Shown here: positions 15,065 through 27,394 of the stretch, one piece after another
How positions within the stretch are numbered: the first letter of the stretch is position 1
How the letters are laid out: each line of letters starts with the position of its first letter
Assembly: GCA_013115145.1 (NCBI GenBank)
Contig: JAAPAO010000033.1
Coordinates: forward strand, 58,483 to 122,482
From: Perkinsus chesapeaki ATCC PRA-425
Lineage: Eukaryota; Protista; Perkinsozoa
Direction: 5' to 3'
DNA length: 64,000 nt
The notes under the pieces: model-generated
What the model was told of the DNA's origin: nothing
Databases searched by the model: none
What the model saw: the letters and a program-made list of their open reading frames with translations, nothing else
Position numbers and translations under genes: made by a program

Positions 15065-15527
15065 AATACAAGTACGGTTACTGACGACAAAGATAAAATG
15101 ACTACAACTTATTCATCATCACACTTAGTAACGCTAGGTGACACTAGCGGAAAGGGACAAGGTCTCCACCAAAAATGCGTTCGAAAAAAAACGTAGCAAT
15201 TGGCGCGCGCCCAATAAATCCTGCGCACATTCCAAGATGTAAAAACCAATGACCAATTTCCTTTAGGATCCTTCATATCTGCTCGAGTGAGCTTAAAAAG
15301 GGACAAATAAGGTATACAGCTAACGTAGACATAACATCCTCCCGTGGAGCCGTACGCACGCACCACAATAATAACATCTTACTGTGCTGCTACTGCTGAC
15401 TGGGTGGTTGAATGATTGTATAGTTCGATGCACTGGGCTGCACTGTAGAGCTCTAAAGGCATGCGTGGTGGTATACATTACCATATCACCGTATTATCGA
15501 GTATCTTCATTAGTTGACCTTAGTGTT
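15065..15527. promoter_or_regulatory. Divergent (head-to-head) intergenic region, candidate bidirectional promoter
   Basis: Lies between the arginase (-) and CCDC130 (+) starts. CpG-containing patch with GGCGCGCGCC (15202-15211) and AATCCTGCGCA (15217-15227). Confidence 0.45.
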
Positions 15528-16724
15528 ATGTCACAGTCGGGTTTGGCAATAAAGGCCACACAGGCCGATAACTTCTATTTTCCACCAGAGTAGGTATTGA
15601 CCATCATTGACCATTATCAATAGCTATTATTTAGTTATGAAGAGAGGCATGGTACTATTAATAAGATAAATAAGGCACATACATTAGGGAAAAGGGCCAA
15701 GTAATGGTATTACCTATTATACAGAGGTAATGGTATAATAGGTATATATCCGATGGTATTATTATTATACGGTTTGAGATGCCATTTCATGTGAGATGTG
15801 ATAAATGCCTACAGAGGACAGCACAGGTAATAGTAGGATGATATAATGGATGTATAATAATAGGTAATGTTAGGGTGTAAGATTTAATGCCCGTAAAAAG
15901 AAGGTTGGTAACTATTACACCACACCTATATATGAGTTTACTTTCCTTTGTAAAAACTGTGAGAATCCATTCGTTATACGAACTGATCCAGAGCATGCTG
16001 GATACTCCTTGGAGTCTGGATGCACTAAATGTGTTATGGAATGGGATGCTAAGAAGGCTGGTAGTAGGAGGAGGGTGGTGATGGTGGTATGGTGGATTAA
16101 TAAATAAGGTTAGGTAGTATTGAGGCAGTGGACCCTGAGATAAGGAGGGATATGGACAATGATCCTATGTTCAAATTGGAGAGGACAATAACAGATGAAG
16201 GAAGAGTAAAAGCGCAAAAGAATGGTAGTTATTAGCAACAGTAATATTAATTAGTATTGGTTTAGATTTAAGAGCAATTATGGCCCGGGAAGATGAGCTA
16301 CATGGTGATAGTTATGCAGCTAGTCGGATAGTAAGGAAAAGATTTAGAGAGGAAAGTAAAGTTATAGAAGCTGAACGGAAGAGGCGAGAAAAGAAAAATA
16401 ACTTTGGTAACACTGATCCTACTCCTCCTTGTTGGTAGTGTTGTACGAGGTGTGGTGTTAGGTATGATACTAGCCGATGTTAATGATGAGGATACTAGGG
16501 AGGCAGCTAGATTAAGGAGAGCTGGAAAGTTTAAGACAGATGCCCATAGTGTTAATAATGCTATTAATAAGGCAAAGAAGCTATCTGAGCCTATATTTGG
16601 TAGTAGAAGATCATCATCGAAGAAGAAGGCGTTATCTAGCGATAGGGATAGTCATATAATAGAGCATTCAGTTAGAGTGTTAATGGCCAAAAAGGTGGCT
16701 AAAGGCAGCAGTCGCCACCGTTAA
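15528..16724 (+). CDS. CCDC130: CWC16/YJU2 family splicing factor, CCDC130 (YJU2B)-like
   Basis: ATQADNFYFPPE, IIRFEMPFHVRCDKC, GVRFNARKKKVGNYYTTPIYEF..LCKNC...IRTDP, then a basic coiled-coil tail. Confidence 0.85.
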
Positions 16725-16803
16725 GAAGCATTATTGTTGTGTTACAATGATAATGTGTATTATTATACAGCCCCCCCCTGTTTTTATACCATCTATTATT
16801 ACT

Positions 16804-17610
16804 ATGACAAATGCTACAGCATTCCCTATGTAGGCATCCCTATGCAGCCTTATCGTCTTTACTATAACTACATTCTCTTTTAGATGGTTTGCTTATGACG
16901 ACGATAATGATGATTACGGGCTATCTGGGCTAATGGGATCTAATAATAGGCATAATAGAATTAAAAGGGATATATTACTACCTGTAGTAGAGGATAGGAG
17001 GGTGGTACCTTATGGTGGGGGTATGGGAGAGAAATACGGTATGATAACAACATATACTCCGTGGATATCAGATGTTATTGAGGGAAAGAGCGGTATGGTA
17101 TCGTTTAAGAATAGCAATAGGAAACGTCCAAGAATGGATATATTAAAGGATATAATAAAGGGCTTTACATCTGATGTAGATAGAAAAAGGGATGGTATAG
17201 TAGGAGGTTGGGGAGAGGGAGGGAATAATAGACAATATATAGATAATAACAATGATATATGGCGACCTGGATGTAAACAAGAAAAAGAAGAAGGACAGCA
17301 AGGTGATTATGATATAGACGATGACAATGAGGAGGAGGAGGATGATGATGATTTAATTGATTGGGGATCACTGGTAGCTGCACCCGTAATACCTAGTTAT
17401 AGTATACCGTCTGATTGGAGGATACCATGCACCAATAATAATATACTTATTCAAGTTATTAATGAAGATAAAGAAGAAGAAGAGGAAGGAGGCAATATCC
17501 ACAATACAGTAGATGATTGGACTATTATTAATTCCCATAACACTGCATCGCCTCCTACTACCCCCAGCAATAATGATAACAAACATGATGGTGATTTTGT
17601 AGTGGTATAG
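16804..17610 (+). CDS. Hypothetical low-complexity acidic protein
   Basis: 225-aa ORF 16933-17610 that extends upstream in frame to a tttag acceptor. A short first exon from ATG 16804 is possible. Confidence 0.4.
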
Positions 17611-17841
17611 CAGTACTTCTGACAGCGGTCGTAGTGGTCGTGGTGGTGGTAGTATTGCTGTTGTTGCCTTCTTTTTGAAGGTTGCTGTGTGCCTTTTTAA
17701 TCGGGTATGTTGTATAAGTTGTTGTTATTGAGGCCTTTTTACCAATGCGGCCCCCTTTTTTAATTATCGTGCTTGTTGTGTTTATTAGTAATACATCAAT
17801 CCCTTTGTCTTGGCCTTCCCTATCACTCCCAGTCTTTCACC

Positions 17842-18756
17842 ATGGTAGACTCTATTACAGTATACCAAGGCAACAGCAACATTACCGTTAGATCCACATT
17901 TGGACCACAACAAGAACAACAAGTTGCATCAGTTGACACTACTATTGTTACCCAAAGGAGGCGGTGGTTGTTGTCGATGTTATTGATGGATAAATGTAGT
18001 AGTATATTAGGATGGAGTGGTGGGGTATGTAGAAGGATAGTAAGGTTATATTCCTATACCATGTTATTGGGCTGGTTCTTGCTAGTGATAGCTGTTAAAC
18101 AAGGATGGTTTATATTAAAGATAGCTTCATTAGTATTATGTGGATTAGCTGTATTAATGTTTATAGTTAAAGAGGTTGATAGATTAAGTAGACGCCAGCA
18201 TCCGATTGGTGTACCATTAACAGTATCAAGTGAAGCATGCAGGATATTAAATGAATGTAGTAGGCCGGCAATATATGGTCGTATGGAGGTTGGTGGTGAA
18301 TGCCCATTATGTATAAGGAAGATGAGATCTGAGTCTACAGTAGTGGAATTAGTAGCATGTGGGCATACTGTACACACTGAATGCCTTAAATCATTTATAA
18401 AGTATTCATCACCATTGGCTACTAGGACATGCCCACTTTGTAATAGACCATTTATACCACAAACAGCAACGTATAACAGAACATCTCTACCCCTCCCAAG
18501 AGGTAGTAGTAGTACTAGTAGTATGATGAAGACAATACAGTTAAAGAATCAACATGGTATAATTGGTAGAAGTAATGATAAAGGCAATAGTGCTGAGATT
18601 ATACCAACTACATCTACATTACCAGCAGTATTAACACCAACACCACCACGACAGTCAAGTAGAACTGCTGCTGCCACTACTATTGGATATTACAATAGAA
18701 GAGGGGATGGTTGTTATTCACCTAAGACCGCCGCGGCAGCAGTCCCTACGGTATAG
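17842..18756 (+). CDS. Transmembrane RING-H2 E3 ubiquitin ligase, single exon
   Basis: CPLC...CGHTVHTEC...CPLC (C3H2C3), preceded by two hydrophobic helices. Confidence 0.8.
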   Translation: MVDSITVYQGNSNITVRSTFGPQQEQQVASVDTTIVTQRRRWLLSMLLMDKCSSILGWSGGVCRRIVRLYSYTMLLGWFLLVIAVKQGWFILKIASLVLCGLAVLMFIVKEVDRLSRRQHPIGVPLTVSSEACRILNECSRPAIYGRMEVGGECPLCIRKMRSESTVVELVACGHTVHTECLKSFIKYSSPLATRTCPLCNRPFIPQTATYNRTSLPLPRGSSSTSSMMKTIQLKNQHGIIGRSNDKGNSAEIIPTTSTLPAVLTPTPPRQSSRTAAATTIGYYNRRGDGCYSPKTAAAAVPTV

Positions 18757-18956
18757 TGTTAAAGAAGTATGAAGTATAATAAAACAACAATTAATAGTGT
18801 TATTATTGATAATAAAGCCTCCTCCTCCTCATGGTTTGTGATAAAGCTGATGTTAGCCACCACCACCACCATGGTGATGATGATAATTTAATGTTATATA
18901 CATTACTGAATATTGAGTTATATAACATTAACTAGTATATAGTACACTTTGGTGAT

Positions 18957-20689
18957 ATGGCTAATGCAACAGACTCAAAGTTAAATAAAGGAAGGGCATT
19001 ACTAGAGAAGATGGGATGGCATCCAGGCAGTGGGTTAGGTCGAAAAGAACAAGGGATGAAGGCGCCATTACATGTATATATCCTACTACTACTACCACTG
19101 GTACTATTGGTGTTGATAGGTTAAACAAAGGGCTGGTACACATGCTAAGATAGAACCATTGGCTATCAATAAGAATAGTCTCAAACGAGTAAGTGATAGT
19201 CATACCAACAACAACAGCAACAACAGCTCAACACCGCCTAGTGAAAGTAGTGGAGAGGAGGGTTTACAATGGAAAAGACAACGAACACAAGATGATAATG
19301 ATGATAGAGGAGCATTAGGGATGAGAAGTGTGGCTCAAGCTGCGGCAGCTGCTGTTAAATTAGCCCAGCAACAAGGGCGAATTGAGGGGAATAGTAGTAA
19401 TTTAATATCAACTAAGGTAGTATGGTTAATTATGATTGTTGTTAATGTAAATGTATACAATTAGGTAGTCCCTACCGCTGATAATCCATTTGGTGATCCA
19501 TTTCAACCTAAAGATGTATTGGACTCATCCACTAGTGTTAGTACTGCTGAACCTGTTATGTTACCATTAGGGATTAATGTAATACCATTACTATTAACAC
19601 ATGGGCATCATATGGTTATTGGTCTGTAGGCTTACTATATAATGCAAACAATGATGAGACTATTGGATCCTAAAACAAGCAGATTTGAAGCTAGATTAGA
19701 GGATGAGTTTGATTGCAAGGCCTTCTTTGATTTAGGGTAGTAATAATAATCACTATTACATTAATACATGTTCCTTAGTGTTGCTGGTACATTGGTGGTT
19801 ATGCCAGTAGAAGGTCATAATGTTACATCATCTACAGTAGCAGCAGCTGTAGAGTTTATAAAGGAGGATGTCATACCAAGATGTTTAACACAAGATGGTA
19901 TAAAGGATCTATGGTGAGGGAATATGGGGAAAGGGTAGTGATGTGATAAGGGATAGTATCTTAGGGAGGAATATAGCTTTTCATCTAAAAGTAGAGGAGC
20001 AGCAGCAGCATGGCAACAACAACAGGAGGGGGATAAAGCAGCAATAGAGAATGAGGAATGGTTAAAGAAGGTTGAAGCATATCAACCTAAAGCACATCAT
20101 GGCAAAGGTATACCAATACATACAGTACTGCTGCTTATTCTGGTATATGCATGCAGTTTATTAGGTGGTATTGGTTGTATTAGTAGTAGTGCTGATAACC
20201 CTACTATGCTATCTACTCTACTAGGGGCAGGGTATAACAGCAGCAGCAGTAGTAGTAGTGGACAACAGTTTGTACATGGGCCGGTGAGCAGTGTGGATGA
20301 AGTAGGGTTGGCATATCGACTGCCATCAGACACTTGATCCTGAGGATGCAGAAGCCGTAGTCAGTAACTTAGTTAAGATACCAGAAAAGGTATCACAAGT
20401 GATAACAAGACGTATAGATGATATTAAAGTAGCTACTAAGGTGGTTGATATTAGGGTAACCAACACCACCACTAGTACTAGTAAGTGATGATGATGATGA
20501 TGGTAGGTATCATCAACACCACAAGGAGGGCAAAGGAGTGTTATGTTGAAGGGGACTAAGAATCGTATAGAGACTGTTAAACAGATATTTATGGAGTTTA
20601 GGGCATCAGCTGCTGATAAACGATCTGCTACATTAGATACTTTACTTAGTCATATTTATACACAACAACAACGACAACGGTTTATTTAA
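18957..20689 (+). CDS. G-patch domain protein with a possible degenerate C-terminal KH-like unit
   Basis: NKGRALLEKMGWHPGSGLGRKEQGMKAPL is a G-patch. The C-terminal VKIPEKVSQVITRRIDDIK...RSVMLKGTKNRIETVKQIF resembles a KH fold without GxxG. Confidence 0.75.
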
Positions 20690-20756
20690 TATTATCATAC
20701 TAACATTGTGTATTGTTATCAACTAGGGGATACTCTCAGCTATAATCATAAGTGAT

Positions 20757-23271
20757 ATGACACATACCCTATCTAATCAGCATCTAGCAAAGAGAGTGGT
20801 AGCAGCAGCAGTACATCGGTCAACACCAGCTGAAGTATATCAAATACTTAGATCTATTACAACATCTAGTAAGTACACCAAGTGGGTTACCTATAGGGTT
20901 GTTATTGATAGGAATGTTGTTGTTAGATGAGCTACGAGGGGTATATTTAACACATAAAAGATCATTTGATATAAGATGTCATGCTGAATATATAGACAGA
21001 ATGGCTAGATTGAGTAATGATAAAGTACCCAAGTTGGAAGATGATCATTGGCGATGGGTAGAGAGAGCATTGGAGAAGTTGTAAGAACCTAATTATCGTA
21101 TAATAGTGTAATGCTATTATTGTTGTTCAGTCAACAAAATGGGTTCCTGCATGCCCCTACTGTACGTGAAGGTTTAGGAAGACTATGCCATTCAGTAGCA
21201 AGATGTATACCTGATAATATTACATTTCATCAAGTCTTAGCTAAAACTATTGTAAGAATACTCTATCATATATGTATGTACTACTTCCTTTTGTTAGGTT
21301 GTTGCACCAATTAGCTCTATGAGTCCACCAGCACTAACAGCTACAATGTGGTCATTAGCAACATTACATGTCAGCCTTGAGGATAAATCACCTTATCGTG
21401 TGTCATTATCATTAATAGCCGAGCAATGTGCTAATAAGATAACATTAGTTGATAAAACAGCTCCTATCGTTAAGTCGATGTGGGCTGCTATTAAAGTAGA
21501 TGTAGCAGATCCAATAATGCAAGATCTTTATCGTAAAGGTTTGGCTCATACTATAGACTTGCACACCAATAAAGGTGTTCCTTTAACTTTAAAGGATGTT
21601 ATTTTATTATTATGGGGCTCGGCAACCTTATCTAAACTAGGCCCTGTAATGGACGTTGATAAGCTTATTGATATATCAAGTAGAGTAATATGTTCTATAC
21701 AAGAGAAGGAGTATGAGATAGATCCACAGAATACCACAATGGCTCTATGGTCATTGGCTAACTTCATTCCAGAGAGTATAAATGCACATGACCTAGTATG
21801 TAGGGTTATAGCAGAATCTATCAAGAATGCCGAGGCTGGGCGTTTAAGTCCCTTCGAGCTCTCTTTGGTATTATGGTCAATGGGTAAGATGTATGACCCA
21901 GCCAGTAGACCACTACGTGATGTAATAGTGAAAGCGGTGTTAGACTTGAAGCCTAAAGTTGATAATCTACTACATGTTTTCTCATTACGACAATTAGCTA
22001 ATGTTTTATGGTCATTTGGCGCTACTCGTATTGATGGTTGTAGAGATATATTTGATGCATCATCAACTCTACCAATACTAAAGTCAGGTAGAGTAACGTC
22101 TAATGAGTATAGGCAATCCATAGCTAATATAGCATGGGCATATGCTACACACGATTATTCATCAGAGACTGTATCAAATAGGGTTAAAGAATTATTAAAG
22201 TACTTCACTAGTAGTAGATATGATGATATGACAAGTCAGCATGCAGCTACTATAGCATGGGCATTATGGAGAATGAGGGGTATGGAAGCCAATAGTATTA
22301 ATCATATGGCTATGATAGCACAACGATATGGCGATAGATTTGCTAATCGACATGTTATTACATTAACTAGGGCAGCTGCTGGGGCTAAGTTCTATCATCC
22401 AGCACTGCTTGATGTAATTATACGTCGGCCAATAACATCATGGACAACAGAGCAATGCGGGCAGTTGTTATGGGTATTGGCTACATGGTCAGGTGTTAGT
22501 GATGATAAACGTATGATAGAATATGCTATCAATTGTGATGAAATTGTGAGACAACATGCTTATACTAATAACGGCGGTGATGAAGGGGATACTTTAAGTA
22601 TTGATAAATTAACCACAGTTGAATGGGCATCAGCTTTACTAGATCTACCAACCCCAACACAATACCTATGGGATAGAAAACATGATTACATAGAAGCTCA
22701 TGCATCTGATCTTACAGTCAGTCAAGTGTTACGTGAAAGGTTAGCTGATGCAGATACCTTTGGTGATATGGGTTTAACACAGTTATACTGGGCATGGGTA
22801 TTGAGATGTGGTGTTGACCATCCATCACCACCTGCATGGGTTTTAAAGGTACGATCATGGTTAAGTGATGCTACATCATATTCTATACAACCATCAACAT
22901 TACAAATGAGTGTTAATTCCCATTTACCTAGTGGTGATTGGCGACAGGAATATTTACTACCACCATGGGGTATATCTATTGACATAGCTAGTCCTAGTAA
23001 TAAGATAGCTATCGAGGTGGATGGTAAGGTATTCCATAGTGTGTACGATGTTACATCGTCTCGAACATTCTTGGATGCATCAGCTAGAGTAAAGAAAAGG
23101 TAAGATATCAATAACGAAGGCGTTATTGTTTGGTTCGCTGACTTCAGACTATTGGATAGGCAAGGTTGGAGACTAATTCGTATTGGTGAGCAGGAATATA
23201 AAACGGCTGAAGATGGCCAAGCTAAGAGGAAGTTGTTGGCTAGTGCATTGTCATCAAATGATAATTCATGA
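20757..23271 (+). CDS. RAP-domain protein with OPR/HPR-like helical repeats
   Basis: Repeats TTMALWSLAN, LSLVLWSMGK, LANVLWSFGA, IANIAWAYAT. C-terminal RAP domain: IDIA...KIAIEVDGKVFH...ARVKKRLLDRQGWRLIRI. Confidence 0.85.
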
Positions 23272-24520
23272 GGTGTTTCCGCTTAATAAGTTTCACATTA
23301 TCTCCGAGTTGTTGCATTGAACCTTATTGCAGTTCACAACGAATTGCCGTGGGAATCACCGCAACGAGTTGTAAATCAGAGACGAATAGTCACTACGGCC
23401 GCTGGGTCGGCAGAAATGTAGGAGATTGTTGGAACATACATCACGTGAATCAGACAGTGTGTTCCTGTCATATAGCGAATAATTCATAACCTATTTATAT
23501 GCAAGTGCTTCCAGCGCCAAGGCCAAGTTCATTAGGCGCATATCCGGGCACAATCTGATGGGGAAGGCCGTGATGCGAGTAACGACAAGCAAAGAACGCT
23601 GCGTCTTCACTCTCGGGCATGAGCCACAGACTAGCGGCTAGTCGGTTTGTCACTAGCCGTGGAGCTCACATTAGCCGTGAGCGTTACAGCTGGTTCCTGA
23701 TCACTTCAACAAGTTGAGCGCTCAACACCTCTGCTCTCGTCTGTGTGGCACTTTGGAATAAGTCGGATCTTCCGGTTGGTATCCGCATCACGGCGGCCGC
23801 TGCCTGTGCCGGTGGTTTCACAGGTCTGTCGCTCCAGCGCAGATTGTCGGGTATTACTGACGCCCAAAACTGTCTTGATGGTATCAAGGTAATAAACCTT
23901 TAAGGTGACCATCAAGTTTCCGTAAAATTGCACCGTATGCGCCATCGGGAGCAAGGGGCTTTCGCGTTCTACACGAGCGGATCCTATTCTGGATACCAGG
24001 GCATCAGAACACGAGTCGGAGGCGCTGCTAGGAGCCACTGTTGCCCGAGAGTCTTGGGCCAAGATGTTCAAAATAGCCGTGAGAGCCTGCTACCATCACA
24101 AGAGACATATTACGAGAGGAGTCCGTCTACACGGGACAGTCTCTCAGATCGCGAGGGCACAACGTAAATGTCAAAACTCACATGGCTGAGGCATTATATT
24201 TGATATACTAATTATACTTATTTAGTAGTAGTCTACTAGCTACTGGAAGCATCTCCCCTCTGTGGTGAAAGTTCGATGCTCATTAAGCAACCCTACGCTT
24301 CCGCATTAAGGAACGCGAAGTCTATGTGTGACTTTGAAGCCCAATTAAGCGGTTTTGACAATGGGGTACAGATAAGGGGCTATACTTAGCCCCACAATAT
24401 ACAATAGCGTATGGATTTATGGATTTACGCATTGATACAGTTTCAATACATCCAGATAGACTCCAGAGCATTAGACATATGAGGTGTTCACGTGGAGAGG
24501 TTTGGGCAGTGAAAAAAACC

Positions 24521-24889
24521 TCAACGCCTGATCTTGCCACAGTGTCTGAACCACCTAGCATTCTTCTCACCCACAGACCACCCATCATATTCAGGGTGGT
24601 ATACGAACTTATCCCACCTGCGACGACTCCACACATAGTTTAGCTCTGGTTCGAGTGGAGGTGTAAGTGTCAAAATATTGGACTTGTTGTTGAAGGTGTA
24701 ATAGGTGTCGCGAAGACCGCTGTATAATAACTCGCTAACGGCGAACCACAAGTGTTTATTAGGGAGAAAGCTGAGCTTCTCATTAATCGAAAAGCTCCGT
24801 CGACAGTATCTTTCGCCGTCGAACGGGTATATCTCAGCAATGCTCATAACATTGAGTGTAAGTGCCAGAAGACCAAGCAGAAAAGTCAT
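24521..24889 (-). CDS. Small intronless putatively secreted protein (~122 aa)
   Basis: Signal-peptide-like MTFLLGLLALTLNVMSIA, followed by an aromatic/beta-rich region with two Cys. Lies inside ORF 24521-25024. Confidence 0.6.
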   Translation of the reverse strand: MTFLLGLLALTLNVMSIAEIYPFDGERYCRRSFSINEKLSFLPNKHLWFAVSELLYSGLRDTYYTFNNKSNILTLTPPLEPELNYVWSRRRWDKFVYHPEYDGWSVGEKNARWFRHCGKIRR

Positions 24890-25842
24890 TGATGATGGGA
24901 GAGCCGAGCGAGCAGATGTTGTAGCCACCGCCGAACTCAATGTCGGACTTGGTTGAAGGATATGAACTTTTAGTTCGAGGGATGATAAGAGTCGCTTCTC
25001 AAACACAAACGAGAGACGAGACAACTAAGGATAAGAATAAACCTCATGATCGTAAATCCCTCAGCCCGGACTGGGAGCCAGAACTCTACTATCACAATTG
25101 AACAGGTTTCACTAGTTCCACGCAGCTTATGGAGAGGCCCCACGCTTAAGTAATTAGGAAGGGGCGCGCTCCATTGGCGGAGGTACACGTGCGGTGCGAG
25201 AACCCCAACCGGGTACTTATCCCTGCTACGTGCTCTAATACATGAAAAGCCACAAAGCCGATATGAGCGGTGGCAACCCATCTAGAACTTGTACACCCAC
25301 CCTCTTAGTGCTGCAAGAGAGGATTGGCTGGCTTGCACCCCGTGCTCCAAACTGAGCATGAGACGACGAATCTCTTCGCTTTGCTACCCTGTACATGTCC
25401 TTGTGAGGCGGATGCCCAATCTTTTATCGGTGAATTCCAATCTCGACACGTTAGCCCCCCTTATCAGCGGTCGATGGCTTCTTACACGTACGGTCTGGGC
25501 GAGTTCTCTCGCCCACCCCCGAGTGCGCAGAGGCCACACGGCAAGGAGGCGGGTGCCAGTAGGGACTGAGGGTTTGAACTCGACGAGTTCAACACTGTGT
25601 ACACAGGTACACTGTAAGGGACATACCTTCCTTATCAATAAAATAATATAATAATTATGCTAAGATGATGAACGATAAAAATATGCCATGATAAAGCAAA
25701 GAGTTATTGATAAGGTATAGAAACCTATATGGCCTTAGGTATCCGGCAGGCCCCCCTCTCTGAGCAGATTGACAACTATAAAGCGGAAACATGATTATTA
25801 CAGAAAATATGACATGATTCGTTGATTTATTATGTTAACATA

Positions 25843-27248
25843 TTATTGACGACTTTTATTCACGTGTTTATTTGATGCATTTACCACACTGCACTGTAGC
25901 CTTGCTTTAACTGTCGCATACAGAGCCACACCACCGAATACCATGAATGATGCTATAGTATGTAGCCGTGTCCATGGGTTGGAAAACCAATATATAGATA
26001 TCTATACAAGTAAGGTTGAATAGAATATATAACAATGTATACTACCATCACAGTTAGGAATTTGCGTGATGATAATGTTATATTAACAGTTAAAGGGGAG
26101 TAATTAGCAGATAAAGCGAATACTCCTGATATGCATATTGATTGTGTTATATTATTAAGTAGTATCTGAATAATGTATGCTAGTATGGACATTAGATGGT
26201 ATATAACCAATAGTATTCCTATGGGGATATCGTATCGAAGTAGAGGTAATGTCACTGTAGTAGTACTAGATAAAATGGTCCAATGCTGAGGCGGATATGG
26301 AATAATATGATAAGATGATATATCACTTCCTTGATGTTATCACTCATAAATACCATTGGTATTAGAGCAGCTATATGCGAATATAGCAGAAGTTCATTAG
26401 ATAAAGCTTTCCTTGTGCTACCATCCCCTTTAGAATATATCCTATAATACCTTATAATGTACTTATAGGAACAACGCATATTAAATACTCCTCACCGGTC
26501 CTGTATATGTCCTAAGAACGCCTGTATGAACAGTACAGCAACTAATATACCAATCCCTATAGTCCATCTGCCAGCCGACTCCTCATTACCCAAACCCTGA
26601 CTCCATATAGACCCTAAACTACAACAGTTAGGCATTATAGTTGTCATATCACCAGTAGACCCTAGGAATATACCTATAATCAATATGATAAAGTATTATG
26701 GTAATAGTAATACTAACCTATTGTTATTATGCACGTAGCAAATATCTCCTTATAACTATATGATGTATTGAAGAACATATATCCCACTATAACAGATGAT
26801 ACTATATTACATGACCTATATAATGAAATAATATGAATAACAAATTTATCAATACTACCGGAATAGTGTATGTATAGGTACTGCTATATTATAATCAAAT
26901 ACTACATTAACCAATATAGTCATTGATAACCATAACCCTGTAGCGATGCTAACCCTACACTGTTGCTGTTATATTATATACCAGCATGTATTATATGTTG
27001 CCTCCATGGTAGTAACCTTCCCTTATTATACCGTATTCTCCACATATCCTTCATTATTATCTCCTGTGTAGTAACAAATAGTAACTAATGATGCATATAA
27101 TGAGGTTACTTATATGAAGTACTACTTCAGTTAGTGTGAGTAGGTTACCAGCCCCTTTATCTATCTTTAATATATATTCCATTACTAACATAGATGTTAT
27201 ACATCCCCCAAATACACCTACAAATGCCTTCCATACTCCTGAAGTCAT
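25843..27248 (-). CDS. Nucleotide-sugar transporter, SLC35B4/YEA4-like (UDP-GlcNAc/UDP-Xyl)
   Basis: VFGGCITSMLVMEYIL..DKGAGNLLTL, AFLGHIQD, ELLLYSH, TQSICISGVFAL....SPLTVNITLSSRKFLT, FSNPWT..H. Confidence 0.85.
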
Positions 27249-27394
27249 TTAACGACATATTTTAGAGATGCAAGGAGGAGGGTCATAAAATTGCACGAAA
27301 GTTGCAAGAAAAAAGCTGAGTGACTGCTGTTACTGTAGGTAAAGTGATTGTTATTAGTTTCTTATTTTGTACTGTTGGTTATTATTCCCACGTA
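27249..27394. promoter_or_regulatory. 146-bp divergent intergenic region, candidate bidirectional promoter
   Basis: Between the SLC35B4-like (-) and USP (+) starts. Contains TTGCACG (27291) and TTGCAAGA (27302; reverse complement TCTTGCAA). Confidence 0.45.

Noticed and set aside
21546-23111. Antisense ORFs of 191 and 129 aa inside the RAP exon (similar shadows occur in the F-box, GT47 and ENT exons)
   Set aside because: No recognisable motifs; expected opposite long exons with biased codon usage.
23490-23660. Minus-strand peptide HHGLPHQIVPGYAPNELG resembling the retroviral integrase H...PY.P..NG region
   Set aside because: No upstream DDE residues, no ER following, and stops on both sides; too weak to call a retroelement.
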